A stretch of 64,000 bases of DNA from an uncultured Verrucomicrobiae bacterium (lineage in GTDB: Bacteria > Verrucomicrobiota > Verrucomicrobiia > Limisphaerales > Palsa-1400), in the NCBI GenBank assembly GCA_963702845.1, contig OY969763.1:2336001-2400000 (forward strand), in the 5' to 3' direction. A program made the position numbers and the translations under genes. The notes beneath the pieces were generated by a model. That model did no database searches. It saw nothing but the letters and a program-made list of their open reading frames with translations, and had not been told where the DNA came from. Positions 10,775 to 18,784 of this stretch are shown here, piece by piece (position 1 is the stretch's first letter; every line of letters begins with the position of its first letter).

Positions 10775-10806
10775 GTTGGCGCCAACGGGTGCCCGTTGGC
10801 GCCAAC
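10775..10806. repeat. 32-bp inverted repeat built from two self-palindromic GTTGGCGCCAAC 12-mers
   Basis: GTTGGCGCCAACGGG-TG-CCCGTTGGCGCCAAC; perfect 15-bp arms. Confidence 0.9.
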
Positions 10807-10835
10807 TAAACTTTTCCCTCGCCACACCTCTTCAA

Positions 10836-11129
10836 AAAACGCGCCCAGTGAATGTTTCCCTGGCCTCAGGGGCGACATTCCTGCCCTCAGTAGAATCGTC
10901 CCTGAGTTCAGGAACGAATTCCCTGGGTTCAGGGATGTCATTCCTGGCCTCAGTGGCCACGTTCCTGGTCTCAGTGGCGGGATTCCTGAGGCCAGTGGCC
11001 GTTTCCCTGGTCCCAGGGACGCCATTCCTGAGGCCAGTGACGGGATTCCTGGGCCCAGGAATCTAATTCCCGCCCGCAGGATTTGCATTCCCGCCCGCCC
11101 GTTTTCCGTTCCAAAACCCAGTGAGTCAA
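10836..11129. repeat. Tandem array of 14 units with exact 21-bp period and a palindromic core TYCCTG-N4-CAGKRR-N5
   Basis: Units start at 10857, 10878, 10899, 10920, 10941, 10962, 10983, 11004, 11025, 11046, 11067, 11088, with degenerate in-phase units at 10836 and 11109. Confidence 0.95.
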
Positions 11130-11158
11130 CCACATAAACACCTAAAAATAAGATACAT

Positions 11159-11779
11159 ATGCCTAGAAAAGACTTCATCCCAGAATCTAACGATGCCTTC
11201 CTGACGGAGCACGACGCTTACAAGGCCGGCATGGCTGCCGTCGGCTTGACCGTCGGTTTTACCGCCGCGGAAATTACCGCCGTCGCCACCGATAACACTC
11301 TGATGCACACTTCGGTGAGCGATACGGCCACGGCCAAAGCGACCTATCAGGGCAAGGTCAATACCCAGGGCTTGAACCGGGTCCTCATCGAGGGTCGTTG
11401 GCGCGGCAACGCCAAACGCGCCAAAGCCCATCCCGCTTACACGCCGGCCATCGGCGCGCAACTGCGCCTCATCGGCCCGGAAGACACCACCGACCTGGCC
11501 ACGTCCGCGCCGGACCTCAAAGGCCGCGACGCCGGTCTGGGCCACGTGGAAATCCAATTCAGAAAATCCAACGCCACCGGCGTCAACATCTACAGCAGAC
11601 GCGGCAGCGAACCGACCTTCACCTTTTTGGCGCGCGACACCGAATCGCCCTACATCGACACCCGGCCCTTGCTCGACCCGACCAAGCCGGAAGTGCGCGT
11701 CTACAAAATGAAATACGTCCAAGGCGACGTGGAAATCGGCAACTACAGCGATGATCTGGAAGTGACCGTCGCACCGTAA
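11159..11779 (+). CDS. Uncharacterised protein: N-terminal helical region plus C-terminal Fn3-like beta domain
   Basis: Strong coding-like codon bias; Ala/Thr-rich helical N half; C half GVNIYSRRG..FTFLARDTESPYIDTRP..YKMKY..IGNYSD. Confidence 0.85.
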   Translation: MPRKDFIPESNDAFLTEHDAYKAGMAAVGLTVGFTAAEITAVATDNTLMHTSVSDTATAKATYQGKVNTQGLNRVLIEGRWRGNAKRAKAHPAYTPAIGAQLRLIGPEDTTDLATSAPDLKGRDAGLGHVEIQFRKSNATGVNIYSRRGSEPTFTFLARDTESPYIDTRPLLDPTKPEVRVYKMKYVQGDVEIGNYSDDLEVTVAP

Positions 11780-11789
11780 TAACATTTCG

Positions 11790-11827
11790 ACGAACGGCGG
11801 GTTGGTGATATACAACCCGCTGTTCGT
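11790..11827 (+). terminator. Stem-loop downstream of the Fn3-like gene
   Basis: ACGAACGGCGGGTTG-8 nt-CAACCCGCTGTTCGT, 15-bp stem with one G-U pair; no U tract. Confidence 0.55.
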
Positions 11828-11843
11828 AACAAATCATGAAGGT

Positions 11844-12101
11844 ATGAGCATTTCGTTTTTGAGGCGCATTCTGATTACCCTGCTCTCAGTCGGTTGGCTT
11901 GGGCCGACATGGCTTGGTGTTTACATGTATCTCGATTTTTGGCGGGGCGACGGCTGGAAATTACTTCAGGGAATGCAAAATATTGGCAGCTTTCCAGTCA
12001 TCAAGTTTAGCCAAGAATGCTTCAACGTTGGAATGATTTGGTTAGCCATAGCGATTATCTTTTGGAGCTGGAAGTTTTCCCGCACCGAACATCGCACTTG
12101 A
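11844..12101 (+). CDS. Small hypothetical membrane protein
   Basis: Two hydrophobic segments (MSISFLRRILITLLSVGW, VGMIWLAIAIIFWSW); AT-richer than neighbours. Confidence 0.6.
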   Translation: MSISFLRRILITLLSVGWLGPTWLGVYMYLDFWRGDGWKLLQGMQNIGSFPVIKFSQECFNVGMIWLAIAIIFWSWKFSRTEHRT

Positions 12102-12264
12102 AGTTTAACCCATCCGGTTTCAAGACGCGCCATGTTCCTTCCGCCCACGTAGAAACGTGCGAGTTGCGTTTCTGACGTTGGCGCTTAGGGTTGAAAAAGG
12201 AGGGAGGAATTGAGGTGTTGATCAACCCCAGCAAAAACCGCGTGGCCCATCTCATTGGTTTTTC

Positions 12265-12870
12265 ATGAATGCGAACAATGCATCACAAGATTTCCGGCAA
12301 ACCGCAAAGCGGATGGTGCTGTTGCTATTGGCTGCGTGCTGTGTCGGATTCGCCTACAATGCTGCCAGTCCGTTGGGAGTGCGACGCCCCTCGAAGACGC
12401 CTTCTGAAACCGCGCCTGCGGCTCGGTCGCCAAGCGCGGCAAACTTTGGCCCAACCCAACAGCTTGGCCTCTGGCCAATATCTGACGGCCCGTTTACAGA
12501 AGGAGAAACCGACGGCTTAACGCTTGTCGCCGCCGCCACGTCAAAGATGAGTTGGTCCCAGACCAAAGAGTTGCTGGCCCAGAACCAAATCGTCCTGGTA
12601 GACGCGCGCACCGCCGATTATTTCCAGACCGAACATATCCCCGGAGCGGTTTCCTTGCCGGCTACCAGCAGCCAGTCCCAACTTGCCGCCTTCGCCGCCA
12701 ATTATCCCAAAGACACCACGTTGGTGATTTATTGCGCCTCGGCGCAATGTCCGATGGCCGCCGATTTGGCGCGTATCCTGCACAGGAAGTTTGGCTACGC
12801 CAACGTTCACGTGTTGCAAGGCGGGATGGCGGAGTATTTGCGGGCTGAGAGAACCGGGGCAGCAAGATGA
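12265..12870 (+). CDS. Membrane-anchored rhodanese-like domain protein
   Basis: VDAR..HIPGA..VIYC..C..LQGG. Confidence 0.88.
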   Translation: MNANNASQDFRQTAKRMVLLLLAACCVGFAYNAASPLGVRRPSKTPSETAPAARSPSAANFGPTQQLGLWPISDGPFTEGETDGLTLVAAATSKMSWSQTKELLAQNQIVLVDARTADYFQTEHIPGAVSLPATSSQSQLAAFAANYPKDTTLVIYCASAQCPMAADLARILHRKFGYANVHVLQGGMAEYLRAERTGAAR

Positions 12871-12876
12871 AACCAG

Positions 12877-13359
12877 ATGAAAGCTCTCGTTGAGCAGAAT
12901 GTTCGCGTCGCGTTACGGTGGATACTTGGGATCATCTTTATTTGGGCCGCCATTTCCAAGCTAGCCATCCTTCAGGATTTTTTCAGCAGTCTGGCCGCCT
13001 ACAAATTGCCAGTGCCCACCCTGTTGCTACAATCCGTCGCTATCGTCCTCCCATGGCTTGAGCTTTTTTGCGGCTTGATGTTGATAGCGGGATTATGGCT
13101 GCGCCCGGCGGCTTCGTGGGTGTTGGTGCTTTGTATTGTATTTGTGCTGTGCACCGGTCAGGCGTGGGCCCGAGGCTTGGAGATTTCTTGCGGATGTCTG
13201 AACCTCGAATTTCTCGGCCTGAACAATGACGATCATCCGTCCCTGGTCGCTCTGGTGGAATCCGTTCGTTTCGCTTTCGTTCGCGCCCTTATTCTTGCAG
13301 GCGCGTCATTCTGGTTGCTGCGCTCGGTTCGCCCTGTTGTCACAAATCACACAGATTAA
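12877..13359 (+). CDS. MauE/DoxX-family membrane protein
   Basis: LPWLELFCG and RGLEISCGC motifs; four TM segments; 6 nt after the rhodanese gene. Confidence 0.85.
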   Translation: MKALVEQNVRVALRWILGIIFIWAAISKLAILQDFFSSLAAYKLPVPTLLLQSVAIVLPWLELFCGLMLIAGLWLRPAASWVLVLCIVFVLCTGQAWARGLEISCGCLNLEFLGLNNDDHPSLVALVESVRFAFVRALILAGASFWLLRSVRPVVTNHTD

Positions 13360-13404
13360 AGCTTCGGCATGAATATTGCATTTTGAGGGCGACGTCGCAG
13401 TTTT

Positions 13405-14514
13405 GTGAGTGACAAATATTTTATAACAAAGGCCCGTGTTTTGGTCGGCATCGTAACGTTTTCACTTGCGATGCAAGGCGTTGCAAAAAACATGTCATCG
13501 GCCTTCATCGCCCGCAGCGGTGGCGTTGCAACCCCTTTCACCCTGCGATCCCGGCTACCGACTTTCGCAATCAGTGAAGAGAACCGGGTGAAAAACACGC
13601 TGGAAGAACGAATGGCCGGACTAGTTGCCGCGAAGGATTTTGACGGCCTTGATGAGCTCGCCACGCTCTTGCGCCGGTCACAGCTCGAAACCGCTAGCGG
13701 GGTTTGGTATTTATCCACCTTCTATCACATTTTGACCTACGAACCGACTGCCACGCCCAATTTGCCGGAACACGACTGGATGAAGCGGCAGGCGTTCTTG
13801 AAGAAATGGGTTGAGACCAATCCTGTTTCGATCACAGCCCGCGTCGCGCTGGCGAGGTATTGGAAGAACTACGCCTGGAAAGTCCGCGGCAATGGATTGG
13901 CAAACACAGTAACGCCGGAAGCATTGGATTTGTTCGATGCGCGGCTGCAGAAAGCAGGTCAGGTCCTGGCAGACGCGCGAAAGCTCAGGACGAAATGTCC
14001 GGTGTGGTGGGACACGATGCAATGTGTCGCGCTTGGCCGAAGCTTTAAGCTGAGCGATTATAACCGCATTTTTGAAGAAGCGGTGAAATTCCAGCCGGCA
14101 TACACACAATTTTATATCAACAAGGCAACGTATTTGACGCCACGCTGCTACGGCAAGGAAGGCGATTGGCAGAAGTTTGCGACTGACGCAGCAGATAAAA
14201 TCGGCGGCGATGCGGGTGACACTCTATATGCACGCATCGGCTGGCGCCTGCATCAACGCGGTTTCTACGAAGCGTTTTTGCGGGATTCTGGCTATTCGTG
14301 GAAGCGCATGAAAAGCGGCCTTCAGCTGATCGTTACGAAGCACTCGGAGTCGCTCACGCCGGCCAGTGAGTTGGCATATCTGGCCTACCAGGCTGGAGAC
14401 CAAAAATGCGCTAAGCCACTCTTCGCGCGTATCGGGAAGGTTGTGGATCGCGGAACCTGGCACGATGACATGTCGCGATTCATTCGCGCGCGGACCTGGG
14501 CGATGTTGGATTGA
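13405..14514 (+). CDS. DUF4034-like helical protein
   Basis: AWKVRGNGLANTV and LTPRCYG motifs; start uncertain. Confidence 0.75.
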   Translation: MSDKYFITKARVLVGIVTFSLAMQGVAKNMSSAFIARSGGVATPFTLRSRLPTFAISEENRVKNTLEERMAGLVAAKDFDGLDELATLLRRSQLETASGVWYLSTFYHILTYEPTATPNLPEHDWMKRQAFLKKWVETNPVSITARVALARYWKNYAWKVRGNGLANTVTPEALDLFDARLQKAGQVLADARKLRTKCPVWWDTMQCVALGRSFKLSDYNRIFEEAVKFQPAYTQFYINKATYLTPRCYGKEGDWQKFATDAADKIGGDAGDTLYARIGWRLHQRGFYEAFLRDSGYSWKRMKSGLQLIVTKHSESLTPASELAYLAYQAGDQKCAKPLFARIGKVVDRGTWHDDMSRFIRARTWAMLD

Positions 14515-14537
14515 ACCGTTGATCGTGAAGTGAAAAC

Positions 14538-15461
14538 CTAGACCGCCAGCGCGTCCTTGCAATATTTCAGGGCGCGGGCGATTTCGGTCATTCGATCGGA
14601 GCCAACCGGAACTTTGTATTCGAACTCGATCGTCCCCTGGATTGGCCACTTGTTATCGCGGATTAGCCGGAGAACATCTGCGATTGGTGTGTCGCCTTCG
14701 CCGAACGGCGTGTTCGGGCCGTTGTGTTTTTTGCGATCCTTCAAGTGCACGTGAGTGACGCGGTCGTGATATTTTTCGATGAACGGCGCGGGTGAAGTGT
14801 TGTTTCCGGCGACGAAATGGCCGAGGTCCACATTCGCGCCGTTGAACTTCGCCAGTGAAAACGCCAATTCCCAATGCTCCGGCGTCGTCTCGGCGTGGCC
14901 GTGATAGCCGACCATGAGCTGGTGTTTATCCGCGAATTTGCCGACACGTTTCAACTCCTCCTCCTTGCGCGAAATCTCGGTCGATATGGCGCGGCCGCCG
15001 AGGGCTTTGGCGAGAGCAAAAACGTAATCCAATTCGGCGTCAGTTATTTTGAAGATGCCATCAACCTTTACGATTTCGATCAACACACCCGCGTTTTCAA
15101 ACATCTTCCGAAACTTCGCGGCCTTGCTGACGGGCGCTGACTTTCGCCAGTTTGCTAGCGCTTCGCTTTGCGCAGAAGTGCGCGCCTTTGCAAAGATGAT
15201 TTCTTTGGGCGCGCCCAAAAACATTTCCACCGGCTGCGTCCGCAACTCAACGCCGCTGAAGCCTAGTTGCACGCAATTCTTCAGAACGTCTTCGCCGCTC
15301 ATCGACGGATTGTTGAAACTGTAAGGCACGTTGAGTCCAAGCTGCACTCCGCGGACCTTCGAGTTCGGCTTTGGCGGCGCGGCGATGCAAGGCACGGCGG
15401 AAGCGCCTGCAATGGCCGCCAAGGTTAATTTCGAAAATTCGCGCCGCGTCAAAGATTTCAT
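14538..15461 (-). CDS. Tat-exported sugar phosphate isomerase/epimerase (xylose-isomerase-like TIM barrel)
   Basis: TRREFSK Tat motif; DLGH, HVHLKD, IEFE metal-binding motifs. Confidence 0.88.
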   Translation of the reverse strand: MKSLTRREFSKLTLAAIAGASAVPCIAAPPKPNSKVRGVQLGLNVPYSFNNPSMSGEDVLKNCVQLGFSGVELRTQPVEMFLGAPKEIIFAKARTSAQSEALANWRKSAPVSKAAKFRKMFENAGVLIEIVKVDGIFKITDAELDYVFALAKALGGRAISTEISRKEEELKRVGKFADKHQLMVGYHGHAETTPEHWELAFSLAKFNGANVDLGHFVAGNNTSPAPFIEKYHDRVTHVHLKDRKKHNGPNTPFGEGDTPIADVLRLIRDNKWPIQGTIEFEYKVPVGSDRMTEIARALKYCKDALAV

Positions 15462-15671
15462 ATTGGAGCAGAGACCTTATCACCAGCGGCCTGCGCGCCA
15501 AGCCGAATCAATCCCTTGTCAACATATTCGACATGGCTGCGGTTGAACCATCAGGCGATGGCTTACCCCACGATAAAGATTGGCAGGGATTACTTTTTTC
15601 CCTGCGGCGGTATTCTCGACCAAGGTTGGAACGCGAAGCTATCCACAAAAAATGGAAACCACTTTGTGATT

Positions 15672-16772
15672 GTGAAAATCACGCTTGCCGCACTTTATCG
15701 AATCGCTATCGGTCCCTGGATCGCAGCAGCCGGCATGTTCCTCCTCACCGGTTGCACGCATCTCGGTCCCCGAACCGTCGCAGTGGATCGGTTCGATTAC
15801 AACACGGCTATCGGCGACTCCTGGAAAGAGCAGACGCTGATTAATATCGTAAAGCTGCGCTATATGGATTTGCCGGTGTTCATGGACGTGTCGTCCGTGG
15901 TCAGCGGTTATTCCATGCAAACAGGTGTCAATATCAATGGCACGCTATCTTCTCAGAACGCGGTCCAGGGCAACTTCGGCGCAATTGGTGGACAAGCTAT
16001 CTACACAGACCGCCCCACCATCACCTACGTGCCGATGACCGGGGAAAAGTTCCTGCGCGGGCTCATCACACCAATTGATCCAAAGAGTATTTTCTTCCTG
16101 CTCCAGTCCGGTTATGCGGCGGATTTTATCTTGAGCCTGGCCGTCGAATCACTCAACGGTGTGCGCAACCGCTCGACTGCCGGCGGCACCGTCCGGGACG
16201 CCGATCCGGAGTTTATCCGTGCGCTGGCCTTGCTGCGTGAAGTGCAGGCGGCCGGTGCGTTCGGGATGCGCGTGGAGGAGAACAAGGTCACAGGCGGAAC
16301 TGGCGTGGTGTTTTTCCGGCGCGGCGACGTGCCACCAGAGATCGAGGCAAAGGGGGCAGAAATTCGCCGATTGCTCAAGCTGGCTGCCAATCCGCAGAAG
16401 TTCACGCTCGTTTATTCGCCGGTGCCCGGAAAGGACAATGAACTGGCCGTAAACAGCCGCTCGATGCTCCAAATCATGCAGGCGTTTGCCAGCCATATAG
16501 ACGTCCCCGAGGCACATCTGAAGGATAAGAGCGCATGGGGCTCATCTCAAAACACCACAGCTGAGGGCGCGCTCCGAACCGTTCGGATTTACAGCGGCAA
16601 GAGCAAGCCGGCTTCGGCCTTCGCCGCCGTCCATTACCGCGACTACTGGTTCTGGGTTGATAACTGCGACCTGCAATCCAAGCGCACGCTCACGGTCATT
16701 ATTTTCTTTTTCACGTTGGTGGACACGGGCACTCCCGAAAAACTGCCGCTGATTACCATTCCTGCACAATGA
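15672..16772 (+). CDS. Hypothetical lipoprotein
   Basis: Lipobox LLTGC; LINIVKLRYMDLPVF and DRPTITYVP segments; start uncertain (ORF open from 15516). Confidence 0.75.
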   Translation: MKITLAALYRIAIGPWIAAAGMFLLTGCTHLGPRTVAVDRFDYNTAIGDSWKEQTLINIVKLRYMDLPVFMDVSSVVSGYSMQTGVNINGTLSSQNAVQGNFGAIGGQAIYTDRPTITYVPMTGEKFLRGLITPIDPKSIFFLLQSGYAADFILSLAVESLNGVRNRSTAGGTVRDADPEFIRALALLREVQAAGAFGMRVEENKVTGGTGVVFFRRGDVPPEIEAKGAEIRRLLKLAANPQKFTLVYSPVPGKDNELAVNSRSMLQIMQAFASHIDVPEAHLKDKSAWGSSQNTTAEGALRTVRIYSGKSKPASAFAAVHYRDYWFWVDNCDLQSKRTLTVIIFFFTLVDTGTPEKLPLITIPAQ

Positions 16773-17386
16773 TGCCGCTACGACCACGGACGCCTCAGCA
16801 GGCGCTTCATTGCCTGATAGAAGGAAATGAGCGATTCATCCGTGGAGAGGCAAAACACGGCAGCATCTCGCAGCAGGCTTTCGCGCGAATGCGCGGCGGC
16901 CAGAGACCCTTCGCCGTGGTATTGGGCTGCAGCGATTCACGCGTGCCGCCGGAACTGGTGTTCGATCAGGGTTTCGGCGATCTGTTCGTGATCCGAATCG
17001 CCGGCAACGTCATCGCGCCTGGCGTGACCGGCAGCATCCAGTATGCTCATAGACACCTTGGCACGTCACTCATGGTCATTCTCGGGCATGAGGACTGCGG
17101 CGCGGTGAAGGCAGCACTGGCGGCCCGGTTCTGCCGCGCGAAGCATCCGGAGCGGATTCGCCAGCTTGTCACATTGATCAGCCCGGGCGTCAGGAAGATT
17201 GACCCCATGCAATCAGCAGCAAAGCTGCTTCGGGCTGGCGTCGAAGCCAATGTACGCTGGTCGATGCACCAGTTAATTCGCACTCCGGAAATTCAGCGAG
17301 CCAACCGGGAAAAACGGAACATCCTGATCGTCGGCGCGGTTTACGAGCTGGCAACCGGAAGGGTCCGCTGGCTGGAACCCTGTTAG
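16769..17386 (+). CDS. Beta-class carbonic anhydrase
   Basis: Zn ligands in CSDSRV and GHEDCGAV; 4-nt overlap with the upstream gene. Confidence 0.93.
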   Translation: MMPLRPRTPQQALHCLIEGNERFIRGEAKHGSISQQAFARMRGGQRPFAVVLGCSDSRVPPELVFDQGFGDLFVIRIAGNVIAPGVTGSIQYAHRHLGTSLMVILGHEDCGAVKAALAARFCRAKHPERIRQLVTLISPGVRKIDPMQSAAKLLRAGVEANVRWSMHQLIRTPEIQRANREKRNILIVGAVYELATGRVRWLEPC

Positions 17387-17637
17387 AGTTGAATCGACCA
17401 GCCTCCCTGCCCCGCCGCAACGCCTTTGTCACCAGTTCGCTCTGTTCGCCAGCCGCGCCGCGTTCCTCACTGGACGCTACAACTATCTCAACCGCGTCGC
17501 GGCAACACCTCTTGCTATCGCGATGCGATACCAACCCGCGGATTCACGGCGGCTGTTTCGGTGTTTAGAGGCACACCTCCTGGGAAGCCATTTCAATTCA
17601 GTGATAAGTGAAAAGTGATGAGTAATCGATGGTGGCA

Positions 17638-17677
17638 GATTACTTCTGATTACCTCCGATTACTTCTGATTACCTTT
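17638..17677. repeat. 4 x 10-bp tandem repeat
   Basis: GATTACTTCT GATTACCTCC GATTACTTCT GATTACCTTT. Confidence 0.9.
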
Positions 17678-17796
17678 TTAGATTTTTTCTCGTCAATGGC
17701 CGCAAAACTTTACCGTTTGTTTACCATTTCTTTACCGAATTTGACGGGTAAGGGATTTCGCGCGACGGAGGCAAAGGACGCGAGCCCATAGGCGCA

Positions 17797-17836
17797 CGTG
17801 ACCAAAGATGACTGAACGTGACCGAACGCGACCAAC
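17797..17836. repeat. 4 x 10-bp tandem repeat
   Basis: CGTGACCAAA GATGACTGAA CGTGACCGAA CGCGACCAAC. Confidence 0.8.
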
Positions 17837-18480
17837 CGTTGTCGCCGCTGCATTTTGTAACAGCCTCGATTTGCAGAAATGAGGCAAAAACGGTGCAGAA
17901 ATAGTGCAATTTTCGTTTTGAAGTTCTCGCGAAGGGCGCAACGGCCGCGAAGTTTGCGATGATCTTTGGCGCGGAGGAACTTGGATTTAGTGTCTGAAGA
18001 ATGCATTCGTTAAAACAAGTTGATGGTTGAGGGTTGATCCGTCTGCGTCTGACTTCGGCGCGACAGGTAGTTGGTCGAACGCGATGCTCTGTCATGTGTG
18101 TATAGGGTGAGCGTTTCGCCGCTCGGGCGTCTAGCGAAGCAACGCGAAACAAAGCGAAACTATGCGACATTCGGGCAGATTTCTGAAGATGGCTCATACT
18201 GACCGACTGGCACGGGCACCCTCTTCTGCGCGGCACGTTTGCGTAAAAATCCGCAGCCGGCTTTTTCGAATGCGGATGCGGCACCGGCTTCGCCGGCGTC
18301 TTGATAAACTGATGGCTCTTGTTCATGCGCAAATTTTTATCACACGTTTTCAGAAAATTTTCCAAAGCTCGTTTCCCATCATGCACCTGCATGCACTGAC
18401 ACGCCCTACCGCGCCGCAACACGCCATTTTTCTATGCAAAAAAGTTTTGACAGGGTTTAGAAATCGCGAAGGCACTCCGA

Positions 18481-18555
18481 AGCCCCGTAGGCGCGACATG
18501 ATTATAGCCCAGCGGTGAAGGCGCAGGACTGACGAGTTGCGTCGAAACCCTGGGT
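18481..18555. repeat. REP-like palindromic element
   Basis: AGCCCCGTAGGCGCGAC followed by GCCCAGCGGT...ACCCTGGGT imperfect inverted arms. Confidence 0.5.
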
Positions 18556-18784
18556 AACCCGCCTCAATCGCAGATTCACTTTCGCGCAGCGGCGACGAAG
18601 GGGTTAAACACATGTGTTCTCTTGGCAGAACACAAGGCCAGCCATATCCAGACTTAGACGTTCTTGCGATGCGAACGATACCGCAGGCAAAGTGATACCA
18701 GGATTATGACGCCAGATACAGGCTGTTACCACTAGCGCTCAGATGAAACGAAAGCTTTAAAAGCGGGCGAGAGCCGATTCATGC

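Noticed and set aside
10836..11129. CRISPR array interpretation of the 21-bp repeats
   Set aside because: The period is only 21 bp with 4-5 nt variable parts, the repeats are degenerate, and no cas genes were recognised in the window
10541..11178. ORFs 10541-11137, 10599-11066 and 10738-11178 as real proteins
   Set aside because: Three overlapping frames stay open because of the GC-rich repeat; conservation is palindromic and includes synonymous positions
17710..18613. Several 70-230 aa ORFs in the intergenic desert
   Set aside because: Overlapping on both strands, no recognisable motifs, and composed largely of tandem repeats
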